A stretch of 64,000 bases of DNA from Vicugna vicugna (GCA_013265495.1 MU058418.1:2875491-2939490); one strand, 5' to 3'; shown: positions 1-14,830, counted from the stretch's first letter. The notes: a model not told the origin generated them from the letters alone. Program-made: numbers and translations.

Positions 1-79
1 CGGGTGCCTCAGCGTCCTCCTCCACATTGGAGCCCCCTCAGAGCCTTTTTTATGTGCCCTAGAACTTTGCTACACAAAC

Positions 80-225
80 CTGATCCTCAGATCAGTAGCA
101 CGGGCACCTGAGAGCCTGCATGAGGAATGCAGATTCTTGGGCCCTGCCCCAGGTTCTGAATCAGAATTTGCATTTAACAAGGTCTCCAGGTGATTTGTAG
201 GTACATTAAAATTTGAGAAGCATTC
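80..225. mobile_element. MER5A-like hAT-Charlie MITE
   Basis: aatgcagattcttgggccctgcccc..ctgaatcagaat..gcatttaacaag..ccaggtgatt..acattaaaatttgagaagc. Confidence 0.75.
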
Positions 226-560
226 ACTCTCACCAGTAGCATAAAAGAGTGCCCATTTTGTTATACCCTTGCCAACACTAGGTATTTTTATTTAAAAAAA
301 ACTTTGCCATGTGTATTAATTAAAAAAATTTTTACTCCAATACCAGGAATATTTTTATTGGCAGGTAGCCATTATCTTTGGTAATAGAAAAAAACTAAAG
401 TTTATGTAGAAATGGAGTCTGTCTGCATGGCTTTGGTCTTTATGTTGAATCAACTGATTTCTTGTGTTAACTCCAGATTTTAGGTTGTTTTTATCATAAT
501 ATAAAATGTCTTGAAGTTGAGAAATTCTATTATTCAATTCCCATTGTGGTTTCTTCTTAT
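226..560 (-). mobile_element. Degenerate L1M fragment (ORF2 3' region)
   Basis: cactctcaccagtagcataaaagagtgcccattt..cccttgccaacact is a typical antisense L1 ORF2 end. Confidence 0.55.
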
Positions 561-1276
561 TTTTCCTAGTATTAAAGCTAAGATGAATTACTTGTTATTT
601 TCTGAATTATCCTCTTCCAGATTTGCTACAGTTTAGGAGCTAAACAGTTTTCAAAGTAATTCAAACTCTCTATATACATTACAAAGCATTTTATCAGACC
701 ATGTTTATTCAAACATTCAATTCTTAAAGTCAACTTACTGATTTCCTTTTAATCGTATTTCCACCTTGCCTTCTAATGAGCTATAAGAGCTGATATCTTG
801 CAAAGATTACAGAAACTTCCATTGTTATCCTTCTTAATTCCCTCTGAGTAATTTTTTAGATATGATACAATGAGAATAAGTTATTATTCTTTTACTTTTT
901 ATGTCATTTGGGATAACATTTTCTGGAATTTTTTATTATATTTTACTTTAGTGACTTGTATGTACTGTATTAGATTTAGCTAATTTTTAATAAATTCCTT
1001 TTTGTCTTATTATTAGGAGCCTGCTTTTATGTGGATAAAATTGTTTGCTTAGGAAGTATGGGCTCTTATCTCTACAATTTTCCTATTACTTTTCTAACTG
1101 AATTTTATTTATCTTTTAAAATTTCTCTCCTTTTATTTCTGGTTATTGTAAAAACTGTCATTTTATGTAAAATTTTTCCTTTGGTCTCTAAATACTATGA
1201 TAAAATGTTAAGTGCCTTCATTAATTTTCTCCATCTTCTACATTGTTAGAGTATCTTCAATTACTTGAACCACTTT

Positions 1277-1945
1277 TCATTTAATTTGACAAGTAACTAA
1301 TGAGCACGCACTATGTACCAGGCCCTGAGGATACATATAATGGTGTATAAAATAGGCACAATCCATATTCTCTACAGGGAAAGGCAGATAAGTGTTCAAA
1401 AGCCAACTATAGTACAAAGTGATCAGTGCTGAGAGAAGCAGCACAGGATGTTAGAGGAGTGCGGAAGGGGAGGCCTCCTCAGGAGAGAAAGGATAAACAG
1501 GAGTTAATCTGATGAAACAGGTGGGAGGAAAGTACATCCTAGGCTGAAGGAACAGCATGTGTAAAAACCCAGAGGTCAAAGAAAGCTCAGGGATTTTGAG
1601 GATCTTAAACAAATTCATGATGTCCTGGCTATAGAGCACAAAGTGGACAGTGGTTTAGGAAATGAATCTGGTGAGGGAGATGCCAAGGCTTTGTAGGCCA
1701 TATTAAGAAACTGAGGGCAATGGTGAATTAAGAGCAGCTAGAAGACTGACGTGATCCAAACTGCTTTTGGCAATGACTGCAGTACAGACAATGCGCTGAA
1801 TGAAGACTAGAGGTAGAAATACCACTCAGGAGGCCACTGCAGGATTCCAGGTGAGAGAGAGTGGTGTGGACTATAAAAGTGGCAGGTTGGATGGAAAGAA
1901 ATACAAAGATTCAAAGGATAGTTAGAAAAAAGAATTGACTAGATG
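1277..1945 (-). mobile_element. L2 fragment
   Basis: tcatttaatttgacaagtaactaatgagcac..ctatgtaccaggccctg followed by a purine-rich L2 3' region. Confidence 0.7.
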
Positions 1946-1985
1946 CACCACTGAATATTATTTATATGTAATACGGAATTACTTA

Positions 1986-2099
<114 letters not shown>

Positions 2100-2191
2100 T
2101 TACTTATATAAAAATCTTAGTTTAGCTTAAAAAATACATAAAAATACTTAAAATATGCTTTTCAAAAGGAATGTTTTTGAATTATGACTCA

Positions 2192-2401
<210 letters not shown>

Positions 2402-2471
2402 TTATTATATTTCCTTGGTTATAATTTCTGGATATAATCACAACCTACATATAAAAATACTTTTCACAGTG

Positions 2472-2735
2472 GAGGAACAGATAAAATATGTAAAAGGATT
2501 AAGAGACACAAAGTTCCAGCTATAAAGTGAGTAAGTCACAGGGATATGATGTACACACAGGGAATGCAGTCAATGATATTTAACAACTTTGTGTGGGGAT
2601 GGATGGTAATTGGACTTATTGTGGTGATTATTTCATAACATATAAAAATATCAAATCATTATGTTGTACGCCTGGAACTGATACAATATTTTGTGTCAAG
2701 CATAACTTAGAAAAGAATCTGCAAAATTAAAAAAA
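2472..2735 (+). mobile_element. L1 3'UTR fragment (older L1MA/artiodactyl-type)
   Basis: Typical L1 3' end (agttccagctataaagtgagtaagtcacagggatatgatgtaca...tgttgtacgcctggaactgatacaat) with an A tail. Degenerate flanking repeat cttttca(ca)gtg. Confidence 0.8.
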
Positions 2736-5700
2736 GCTTTTCAGTGAAACAATATACAAAATATAATAGGTATATTAAGAAAATATATATATGACATGAA
2801 ATAGCCATATCAGCACATAACAGATTGAAAGCCAAATAAAATTTACTTATAAATTTCCTGAAGAAGATAAGCTTGGGAAACTCAGTTTAGCAAGCAATGA
2901 ATTTACTTTACAAATAGGCAAAGGCCTTTCTAACCATTAGTATTAATTTAATCACCAAAGCATTCAATTGATAATTTGACACAGGGCATAATACTCAAGA
3001 TTTGATAGACTAAAACGGTATCGTCATCAGCTATGGTGATACCTTCCTTTTAAGCAATCAGATGCTTAATGACAGAACAATCTCTGAGTTGTCAGCCTGG
3101 ACAGACAGTACAGATCACATAAAATGATTTGGAAAGACTCAACTTTTATCTGAAAGATACCAACTTCAATTTTTTCAATAAATTGTAAGGTCTAGAAGCT
3201 GATTAATACAAGTATATACAGGCACTGTGTGACACCAGATCTTATCTGAACACATTCATTTAGATGCTGCCCCAGCCTTCCAATGTGCCAGGGTAAAGCT
3301 CGGTACCTTTAAAAGTTTTATTAACTACTTCAAATCACCAGTTATACAGATTATTCTATTTAGATTTTACCCATTGAAAAACTGTAATTTATACTCTAAG
3401 ACTATATTCACAATGCTTTGCCAAATGTACATGTGAATTAATTTTTGTGAAATACATATTCTTACTTGCCCACCTAAATGCTGTTTAATAAGTATGTTTT
3501 TAAAAAGATAGTAATGCACTGATTATGGTATAACATCGAAAAGTACAATGCTTAGCAGTCTTCTGAACATGGGAATAACATTCTGTAGACAAGCTCTCCA
3601 TTAGCTAGAATTACCGTTGGTACACCATTTCATAAAACAAATTGCCAAATGAAAAAAAAAGCATAAACTAATGTCTCACACATCTGGCTCCATTCAGGAA
3701 TGGTTTCCTTCCACACAAGTTACCCTTTTGGAAAATGGGACCTATCCCTTCAAAAACCATTTGTATTACACTATTCCCTGCCATGTTAAGAGGCTATGAA
3801 AAGAGGCCCAATGACCCAGGAGGGTCACCGTCATCATGAAGCTCCATCAGTAAAGTGCAGAACAATAATACTGCTCAGTGTCTACTTTTTAATTCTTTTC
3901 TTCTCCCACATCATGTTGGTTGTCATTCTTACCCCTGATGTAGCTGCCTCTGACAGTCCCACCTCTCTTCCTGCTGGCTGCCTGTACCATGCAGTCGACA
4001 GGGACTATTACTGTATGTTGCTGGTCACATCACTTCCTGGTTTGCCCTCTGTTCAAAGAACAAGAGCCAGTATCTAGCTTTCCCAGAGAACGGCTTAGAG
4101 AAAGAACTTCAGTGTAGCAGGTAGTGTTAAATTCTAGGATGTCCTGCCTCATATTAGCATCTAATTTTAAATGGTCATCTGGCTCCTGTACCATCTATAC
4201 CCATTTCTCAGCTCTTTCCTTTATCAGCAACTTGTTTTTTTGTCTATCTCCCTCTTCCCCCTCCTCCTTGCCCTCTCTTTCTCTCTCACACACACACACT
4301 CCTCCACTTACCTTGCCCACTAAATGTCACTCCATAAACCTTCACTGATATCTAATCATCAAACTCTTTTTTTCTATGCTCTGAATAGAAATAATGCTCA
4401 TTTCTGGCCTGAACCAGGTATGGAGAATTGCAAGAATGAGTGAATGTGAGTGTATTTATTATGTCTGCTATGAATATATTTTAAGCCTAAAGATAACTAA
4501 TATGGGGATTATTCCTTTTCTGTGCCTTAACTTTTTTCCCCCTGATTTCTATCCAGAATGGATAATTGGGACTTGACTAAAATTAGAAATTAATGATTAT
4601 GTTTTTATCTTTAATTGAGTAAATCTCATTTTTACTGAGCAAGTTAGTCGTAAGCTGGTTAAAATTCAATTTCAGTTCTCCTTACCCTGAGGAAATAAGA
4701 AATATAATTGGTTTCCAATTCAAACCCAATTACCTTTATTTCCCAAAAAACACATCTATTTCTTTTACTCCAACAGCAGAGTCCCCTGGAGGGGACTGGA
4801 GGAATCACATTCTGTAACCTTCTCTATCGCCTGCACTACAGAAAGTTTATGGGTGGCCCTGCGGAAAGATGGCTTCCATTGGTATGTACAAAATTTTAAA
4901 AAGAACTGGTATTTATATAATGACTCGTAAGGAGCTTAGAATATGCAGATAACATTTATATCTACCCATAGGATTTTTTCCAATCTTGACTTAGCTATTG
5001 GAGAACCATTATTAACAGCATCTACAGGCTATATTGCCCTTTTAACCAAAGATGCTAATGAGTGTGCCTGAACTAGCTTCTCCTGGGAGGAGATATTACT
5101 GTGCTTAAAAATGTGAAATATGTTCTGACCTAAGAAAAATTTCTGACTTCAGAACATATTCATGAAACTCTGCCTCTCAAAATGCGGGACCACACACAAC
5201 AGAATCACTAATGGTACATGTTAAACATGGGACTCACTACCGTGGGTTTGCTGAATGAGAATCTGAGAGTGGGACAGACCTGGTGAGGCATCATTTAGTT
5301 TAACAGAAGGTTTTTGGCTAAACCTGCCTTTTTTTTACTGGAAACCTCCCTTCTAGACACTGACTGGATAGTGCTGTTTAGTCCAATGCATGTGGATTTC
5401 TGCTAGTGTCACATCCTCGACTCCTACCCTGTGCCCTGGTTACCTCACCATCAATCCTGTCCTCAGGCACCACCTGTTGCTTCCAACTAACACTCCCCTT
5501 TTCTCTGTCTGGCTTTTGGTCTCCTCCTATCCTCTGGTGCCTTCTGAAATTGTCCAGGAGATTTTACTGCTCTCAATAGAGAGACCTAATAACAGAAAAA
5601 GCGAACATAATTCTAAATGCCTCAAAAATGCAGCCCCTCAGTAAGTCATTCATTGGAATGTAGAGCCAGTCCCTGATTTTCACTCCTCACTCTGAGGACC

Positions 5701-7152
5701 ACTCCGTTCCTTCCATTTGCTTTTTGTCATTCTCCTCCCTTCATAGACAGCTGCCACTGTCCACTGCTGATAGTGTGGCCTTGCAGCCTCCGATAAGGGG
5801 CCTTCCGGTGGGCTCAACTGCCAGAGCACAGTTCTAAGGTCGGTCTCACACTCCTCCACTGTCAGACACACACTGGTTTTCCTCACTGTAGCTGAGGCCA
5901 CTCATAGGCTTTTTCACTAATTTAACAAAATCCTTCAGCAATATTTATGAGAGAGAACAATATTCCACACTGCTAGTGTCTCAATCCCTAGACAAAGATA
6001 GTATAAATGTGTTCTGGGTATCCAAGTTTTGCAGAAATCAGACCTCCTGATGAATGAATGAAAAATTATTGTATTTTAATTTTTGTTTCCCTTTTTACCC
6101 ATGAATAGGTTAATCATGAGTCAAATATTTTCAAACATAAGAACTTCTTTTTTAGTATTTTAGATGCTACCAGGTTTTTCATAAGCTTAACAGAGAAAGG
6201 ATTGTGCTTACTTATCTATTTTTAATAATTGTATACTTTAAGTGCCTTCATCAATAGAACCCAACAAAAGCAACTAAGTGTAGTCAAAACAAATACTAGT
6301 CTAACATAAGTAAACAGAAAATTCAACAAAAAGAAAACTTAGAGATATACACTTAGCAAATTTAGGTATCTTGCAAAACCAGCCCTTCACATTAGCCGTA
6401 TTATTTACTCCCTCCCTATCCTCTTGTTTAACCTCCTTTAAAGCAATATCCAGGTTTGACGATAGCTCTCTCTTCCTGATCCTCTCAATTAGCAGCTGGG
6501 CTCTCTGAGGATACTGTAGAGACCAGGCAGCAAAATCTCTGATGCCTCTGTTCTGAAGCAAATTTTAAATCCTACACAGTGCTTATAACAGGTTTTTTGG
6601 GGTTTTTTTTTTTAGTTTAGTTTTTTTTTTTCTTTAAACTTCATGAGATAGCAGGATGCTGAGCACAGCTAATCTACCCAGACTCTATTTCCTACCTTCA
6701 TGGAGAAATTGCCATTCTGATAACTGTAATGGCAAGAGAGAAAGATTAGTCATGTTGTTTCCTCCATAGGAGAAGACTGACTTACTTTTCCCCAAATGGA
6801 AGGGGCCCTTCTCCAGTACCACACTACTCCCATTTTTCTGTTTTTCTTTTTGTGAAGAGAACAATTCTAAACCTCTCTCCCATTCTTCTCATCAATATTA
6901 GGTAAATGCAAAATAAAATTTGCATGTTATCATTTCCATAGCAACTCAACAGGATTAGATACTTCCATCCTTGAAAGAAAATGCTTTCTTTTTTTTTTAT
7001 AAGAGTCATATTCTCCTATATAGTTAAGAATCCAAATCTACCAGAATATAAAATCTGGGAATACAGACAACAGGACTTTTACAAAGAGATATAAAGTGGT
7101 TTTTACAAAGCAGCTTTATTATTATACCACTTACTATTTATGAGAATTCAAT

Positions 7153-7190
7153 ATATGATATGATATGATATGATATGACATGATATGATA
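7153..7190. repeat. (ATATG)n pentanucleotide microsatellite
   Basis: About 7.5 units with one variant (ACATG), ~46 nt into intron 6. Confidence 0.9.
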
Positions 7191-7225
7191 CTGTAATACT
7201 TACCAACTGTAAGTAAATCATTTTA

Positions 7226-7423
<198 letters not shown>

Positions 7424-7514
7424 TTAATGACAATAGCCACTAACCTTATAAAGTAATCTTTTCCCTCCTTTTTCAACCAGTGGTCTGTACCAGGTCTCCC
7501 CTTCTGAGGTAGAT

Positions 7515-7645
7515 ACTAATATTGTGCCTAATTTACTGATGAAGAAACTGAGGCTTAAAGATATTCTGACTTGTCCAGATCATAGAACTAGTAAGTACAG
7601 AGTCAGAATTAGAATCCAGGTCCGACTTCAGATTCCTGGCTTTCA
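7515..7645 (-). mobile_element. MIR
   Basis: tttactgatgaagaaactgaggcttaaag..gacttgtcc..gtcagaattagaatccaggt. Similar copies lie at ~8160-8345, ~24300-24420, ~38125-38325 and ~53665-53890. Confidence 0.75.
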
Positions 7646-7757
7646 GGACACTTAGAATAATATTCTTAAATGTTTTAAAAATTGAAAACAGTCTAAAAGT
7701 TTCCATGATTATGATTTCTCTATGCCTATATATCTAAAATCTGACTATATCTTAGTT

Positions 7758-7960
7758 CAGTGTGTCTAGAATTGGTCTTATGGGCCCGGGAACTGATTTA
7801 TACACATCTCTTCCCAACTCAGCGTTCAGTAACATCACACTGGTGGCTTGAAATTGGCTATAATGGGAGTATTAACATCATAGAAAACAGCAAATGCTAC
7901 AAACTGGGGCTTTCTTCCCCTGGAGAGCCAGCTGTTTGTATAGTTACCAGCACATCACAT
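7758..7960 (+). mobile_element. MER63-like hAT MITE
   Basis: catctcttcccaactcagcgttcagtaacatcacactggtggcttgaaattggc...ggagagccagc...ttaccagcacatcac. Confidence 0.7.
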
Positions 7961-10900
7961 ACATGTTTCCAAGAACATATATAGGACACATAAAAGAGAA
8001 TTTGTTATAATTCAGTATTTAACAATAGTCTATACCAAAGCTAACTAATTTAAATATTAGAAGTATAGAAAAGTAATAAAAAAGACTGTTACTATAATGG
8101 GGTGCTGGAGACTAATTTTCTTAAGATTTCCTAAATAACAAATACCTTAAACCTACAAAACACTTTAGAGTTTACAAACGGTTTTTACGTATATATCACT
8201 TCATCTAATCCTCATGAGAATGCTGCTTTAATAAGTACCCCCCTCCCCCCACTTGTGTGATAAAGAATCTGAGGCACAAAGCAGTTCATTGATTTGGCCA
8301 AAGTCACAGGGATAGTAAGTAAAAATGCCAGCACTCAAACAAAAACCATGTTATAATTTAGCAGCTACATTCTTAACTATGAACCTATCATCTTACAATA
8401 CAATGCACAAATAGTACATAAAAGTTTCAACTACAGAGAATCATTTAATCTAAAACCAATATTTTATGATACACATTAAATTTTTAATTTACAGTTATTT
8501 TATTTCTTTACAGTTTGAATAATTCACAAGACTTTCTGAGAATGCTTTGGAGAACCCAGGGCTTAAAAAATAAAGCTATCCAAAGATACCTGTGCTGATG
8601 CCTACATTTTCTTAACTAAATTTCCCTACGGCAAACAAAAATATTCAAAACCATTCTACCAATACTACACCTGCCTCAAAGCATTGCTTTATATACGTAA
8701 TAGATGCTGACTGTTGTTGATGGCAAAATAACATGACGGAAAGCTCTTTCACCCATTGAAATACATGCTATTTTTAAGTAAAGGCTAAAGCCAGTATTTC
8801 TTCCCTTATTCTCTACCTTCTTAATTTTATAAAGGCCACATCTATTCACTGAAAAAGGAAATAAGGCCAGAGGAAACAATAAATATTCTTAAAAACAATT
8901 CCATCTATTGTATGAACTTTAAAGGGGTTTCAAACCATTTTTCAAATAATTACTATTTCAGACAAAAGGTAACTAGCCTAAACATTACTAACAGTTGTTT
9001 TCCAAAATTAGATATGAGTGAAATTGTGCAATGCAACAGACAGGGGTAGTAGAATTCTGCTGTGGGTGCTAATTAGACAGTAGCACATGATAGAAAAGCA
9101 GCAGAAGGCGATGTCTGCCGTCCAGGAAGCTTACATGAAGGTGAGATGACAAGACAGTGGATTAAAAATAAAAAAGGGTAAGTGCTGTAAGACTAAAGGG
9201 AAGCTGCTACTGGTTTCTACTAGACTTTTAAGTCCCCAAGGGAAGGGGCTCTGTCTCCTTCATGGTTTAGCTGGAACGATGTTTGATAAATATTTGTAGA
9301 AGTGGATTAAACTGAAAGTAGATCTTGAGTGGATTCTGAAGGATAAATTGTGACTAGTAAAGAGGCAATAAGCACTTTAGGTAAGGCCTGCAAGTCTTCA
9401 GGTTGCTGGGGGAGAGGCCCAGATACAGGGAAGGGCACAATGGTTTTCATTGACTATGCTTTTCTTTTCAGTTAAAAAAGGAACTATATTTAAGTGTTAA
9501 GCACAGACATCAGAGCATTACTGATTAAAAAAAATATAATAATGTGCTATTTATTAAAATAAACTTTTAAAACAATTTAATTAACTAGATTAGTTGTCCA
9601 CTAGACATTTATTAATTATTGCTTAGTTTTAACCCTGATTTTATCCCTAATCTTGGATAGAATTACAATCCTAAAACTCTTTAACAATAAGGCAACTAAC
9701 TGGCCTGGCAGAATACAGGATTTATGCTGGAATAGTAGAGCTGTTTGGGAGAGAAAGGAGAAGACATTAAGTGTGGTGACTGGGATAAATGTGATGACTG
9801 GTACAGGCAAGGGAGAGTATAAGAGACGATGATGAGTTTGGTTTGGAATTAATGGAGTACAGGCTGCCAGCAGGACATCCAAATAGAAACATTTCAGCTA
9901 GGGTGAGAGAATAGAATTTGAGACTCAGATCTTAGAATCATTTTCACAGAACCCGAGATTTTGAAGCCACAACTTATCAATTCCCTAAAGAAGTAATTGT
10001 AGAGGGAGGCCATATCGTAAGCCAGTGCCTAGGGTGTCTTGAAACAAAAAGGTAACAGGACTAAGAGGCAATAATGAGTAAAAAATAGAAGTAACAGCAA
10101 AAGCAATAGATAGAAAAATAGAATTACATGATGTCATATGAACCAAAGGAAAGGACAGTCACAAGTTCAGGTTGGTCAGAAGAACAAATGACAAGTCAGT
10201 AAAAGAAAACACTGACTAAACACAGGCCACTAGATTTGGTAACACAGAGGTCATAGGTGACCTTTTAGAGAGCAGTTCCAATAGAGGGATGGAGACAAAG
10301 GCTGGACAGTAACAAATTAGGGTGAGTGAAACCAATGTGTAAATATCATGCATTTTAAAAGCAAAGGAAGTAAAAAAAATTGAACACATGGTAAAGAAAA
10401 CAAAATGGATATGAGAAAATTGATGTTAAAATCAGGATGAGGATTACAAGTGTTTGAACGTGAGGAGAAACTTGCGAAGGGGAGAACGGAGACACTAACA
10501 TGAGGAGCTGAAGTGCAGCAGGGAGATGTTTAGAAGCCAGGAAGGACCCTGGAGAGGACTTAGGAGGAGTCACTTTTCCTCTGAGACTGTTTCAAAGGCA
10601 GAGCTGTGCTGGCAAAAAGCGGGCAGTGAGGTCTGGCCAGATAGCCTTGACATACTAGGCAGCAGTGGCTGGAGGGAAAGAGACCCAGGACTTGAAATTC
10701 AAGTCCTTCCTTTGAAAGGCCGAGTAAGCTACACTCCCAAGTCCAGCTCTCATGATCTGCAATACCTGCCATAGAGGGCGGTTGTGTAAAACAAACAAGG
10801 CAATATATGAAAGTACCTGTCTATTTTACTGTCCCCCACAGGAGGACCACCGTTTATTTCCCTCTCACGAGTGTATAGCAAAAGCTAGTTACTGAATAAA

Positions 10901-11938
10901 TGCCTCCAAGAAAAGAGTATAAGCGTGAAACAGAAACAAGTGAGGACAGTAGAAAGGGGATGGGCGGGAGGGGGAGCGAGAAGGAAAGCGGCCACTTGGT
11001 TCTTAATTAACATCAACAAAAGGTTTTACGACTCTGAATCTCAGTACACTCAGTATAGGTTTAAAGAAAGAGAAGTTGGTTTAGAAAAGCTTCTTCACAA
11101 ACTGGGCTAGTAAATTAGTTGAAGAAGTAGAAAACCAAGCAGCAGGGTACCCTCGGTTGAAGCAAGACAATGAATTTGTAGTAGGTCGAGTTAGCACAAT
11201 TCTGCATCACCCCTGGCACGATACACTCCAACAGCAAAGAAAGCAGGTTGATGAAACAAAAATTATTTTAAAATCTTTCTGAAAAGCATTGAACATTCAA
11301 TAAATGTAAGTTCTCTTATAAGAAATCAGAATAAATCATTTCTTAGCTCATTTTCTCCTCAAATATGTCATAGATATAAATGATGCCAATTTCTTTTAGA
11401 ACTTTCAAGGTTGCAAAGGAAATTTTAATACAGGATAAGACTCCTACCAGTGCCTTAATCTAAGACCAGCAAGTAAGAGGTTTATAAGCATATATACTTG
11501 TTTGGAAAAGATGTGTTGGTACCTGGCACAGGACTTGAGGGGGGCAGTGGGGAGGTATCTGTGAAGATCTATACGTTTTAGGTCAAAGTGAGAGGGATGT
11601 ATTCAGGGAAAGAACATTTAGTAAAGCTGAGACAAAAGTAAGATTTAGGGATTATGCTTAGGGTAACTGCAGGACAGTAATAGCATAAACACATGCTTGG
11701 GGTATTGTATAGGAATGCATTTGTTTGCTTGTCTCAGCTTAGAATTATAGAACTTTATTTTGTAAATAAGCCTGAGAAATTTCATTTACTGCCTATCCAC
11801 ATTTCCCAACATTTTCTCTACAAATATTATGAAGAAGTAATTTTAAAATGAACTACTTAAATAAGAGTATTAAAAAGGGAAACCATCTTTGCAGTCACTT
11901 CAGTTTCTTAATAAATTATTTTAGAAATAATTACCTAC

Positions 11939-11996
11939 CTATTTTGACTCTCCCTCTCTCAGGACCTTCTCCCATTACTAGGATATTTGCTGGTTT
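11939..11996 (-). CDS. CDK19: CDK19 exon 5 (58 nt): KPANILVMGEGPERGRVKI(A)
   Basis: Acceptor ttctag|AAACCA, donor ATAG|gtaggt, phase 0/1. Confidence 0.97.
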
Positions 11997-12729
11997 CTAG
12001 AAATAAAAATAGAGCATTCAAGTTACTATACTTATTCTTTTGACATGCTCTAAAATAGAAAGGTTCTTATGAAAATATTACTTTTGGATTTTCATCAAAA
12101 CTATAATTGAATATCAAGTACCTTCTACATAGTTAAAGCATTTTACATACTTGAAGTTAGCACTAACTTTCCAAAAACATCCTTGCTCTTGAAACGGCTA
12201 ATCTTCGAAATTAGATCATATAAGTAATTACAAAGGAATTAAAGCTATCATTTCTATTTACCCTACAGAAGTAATGAGTAATAATACTTTAAAAATCTAC
12301 ACAAATTATAAGCTGTCCTCTTGCTGCCCACAACAAAGAGCTTTTGTGGTCAAAAATTTTTTAGACAAAATTTCAAACCACACATAATTACCTTCCTTTA
12401 AATGAATGAAATAGAATATTCCTTGCTAAATACTTCTAACCTACTGTAGGGAAACATGGTCAACATTCAACAGACTCCATTAAAACTGATACAAGTTTTC
12501 AGCTATAGTTCATGCAAAAGTGAGAAATTCCAAATATAATTTCAAGATGTAGAAAAATAAAAACCAAGGCTAAAACAGAGCTATTATAAAGAAAAGAGTA
12601 GGCTACAAATGTATCCACCATCTTTTAAGTCATTCTTATTGGTAGACATTTGGAAACAGAGAAACTGTGGAGATAGGCTTTTTGGGCAGGTAAGTCTCCT
12701 CTGTAAACTGTTTGGAGAGAAAATTTAAG

Positions 12730-14830
12730 ATTCATTTATTTACTCAATGAATATATTTTTAGTGTCTTCTAGGGACAAAGAACCATGCTAACAATACTAA
12801 GAATTAAGAGGAAAAACAAAAGCACAGTAAACCAAGTTCCTAACCTCCAGATACTCACTGTGTAAGTAGAAAGAAATATCAGAAGCTTTGTATAATACTA
12901 GAAGCTAGTGCTAATTATGAGTTTCAGTGAGGACAGAGATCTTGGGTTAGAGGTTAAACTAGGTTACTTTTAAGATCTTTTCCAACTTGCCAGTTTTTTT
13001 TTTTAAGTTTCAATGAAAACAATAAGCATACATGCACAAAAATAGTTCCAAGGAGGAAGTGATTAACTAGCGTTTCCATTGTTAAGGGAAATGTGCATCG
13101 GAAGTAGGGGTAGGGTGGATGTCTGTTATCCAGATCCTGAAAAATGAACGCGAGCTGGCACAGCAGAGTAGAAGGGCAAGGGCTATGAATGAGCTGGTCA
13201 GGAGACAGAAGTCTGACTTGACAGAAAGCAGAGGACGCATGTTGTGGGGAGTAGAATGAACCTAGACTCTGCTTAGTCTTAAATGCTAAATGAAGTAATC
13301 CGACCTCATACTACAGTCAGTGAGATTACAGGGAAGGGGGAGGTATCAGAAGTGGGTGTGAGGTGATAAGAGCTTCATCCAAGGACTTCTCAGCTGAAAT
13401 GTGGAGGGAGGTATGGAGCTGAGTAACATTTTAAAGGAGAAATTAACAGGACTTTGTGACTAGTTGAAGGCAGAAGATTAAGAAAAGGAGTGATAAAGAT
13501 TTCACTAAGGTTTTGAGTTTATGTGACTGGAAGAATGGTGCTTTAAGACAGAACGTTATGAGGTACTGATTTGAGAGGGGAAACCAACAAACAGAAGGAG
13601 ATGACACAGTGAGTTTGAGTAATGTGAGAGGCCTAAAGCATACCAGCCAGGGGAGTGGAAACAGGAAGATTTAGATTTGAAACTTACTGTCACTGGGGTG
13701 ATAATTAAAGACATGCGACAAGATTAATCTACTATAGCAGAAAGAACAGAATAGCATCAAACAAAAAACGAACCTTCAGAATTCAAGTTTGACAACGCCA
13801 AAGATCCATTATGTATAAAACATTGTACTGGAGATTTCCAGGAAACAAAGAGAAATAAAACATGAAGCCCTTGACTTTCAAGGAGCTTAAAATCTAGTAG
13901 GGAAAGACAGACAGACAGCTTTTTAGAATAGAAGACAGATTATGAGATACACTAAAACAGCAAAATAAATCACCAGGAATGAATGATTTGTGCAGTGAAT
14001 ATCAGGATAGTCTTTAGGGAGGAGATGCCTTTAGATGAATTTAAGAATGACTAAGATTTTGATAAATATAAACGAAAGAATGACTTTTCAGCTTCAGAGA
14101 ACACTAAAATAATGACATGATCACACATACACATACAAAACAAACAAAAACCAAAAACAAAGCAAAACAACCCACAGATGTGGCATACTGGGGGAGCCTA
14201 CAAGTGTTTTGATATGGTAGAAATAAGGCTAGAAACTATGTTTGGAATAAAATGTCACATTAAACTGGGGAGCCTACAAGTGTTTTGATATGGTTAGAGC
14301 ATAGAATGCTCAGTATAGAAATAAGGCTAGAAACTATGTTTGGAATAAAATGTCACATTAAAGAAACTACAATTTATTCTATAGGCTAAACCAAGATAAG
14401 ACAGTGAGATAATCAGATCTATATTTAGGGGAAAAAAAACTCCAGAAGCACTGTAAAGGATGAACTGGAAAGGATGGATGGACTACAAAGCAGAGACAGA
14501 GAGACCAGTTGGAAGTGGGCTACTATAGTCTAGGGAAAAGTAAAGGGACTCTGCCTTGTGACAGTGGTCACAGAGGAACGTATAAGAGCATTTCAAGGTT
14601 AAAGTTCAAGACTTGGCATTGCTTTTTTGCATTGCCTTCTCTACCCTCTGTAGTCATTCATTCAACAAACATTGACTGAGCATCTGGCAGTGATTTAGAT
14701 GCTGAGATACAGTAGTAAACAAAACCAGGCAAAATCCTTGCCCTATTGGAGCTTACATTCCAGTGGGAAGAGAAAGACAATAAATAACATGTACAGTATA
14801 ATGGAAGTACTGTGGGGGGGAAAGAAAACA
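12730..14830 (-). mobile_element. Cluster of L2 fragments
   Basis: Several L2 3' ends (ttcatttatttactcaatgaatat at 12731; tcattcattcaacaaacattgactgagc at 14654). The last one resumes at ~18990 after the L1. Confidence 0.65.
14187..14362. repeat. Tandem duplication (77 bp and 99 bp copies)
   Basis: actgggg(g)agcctacaagtgttttgatatgg...tagaaataaggctagaaactatgtttggaataaaatgtcacattaaa occurs twice. Copy 1 lacks 22 bp. Confidence 0.95.

Noticed and set aside
10757..10781. CTCF-like tgccatagagggcgg
   Set aside because: It has three mismatches in the 5' half of the core.
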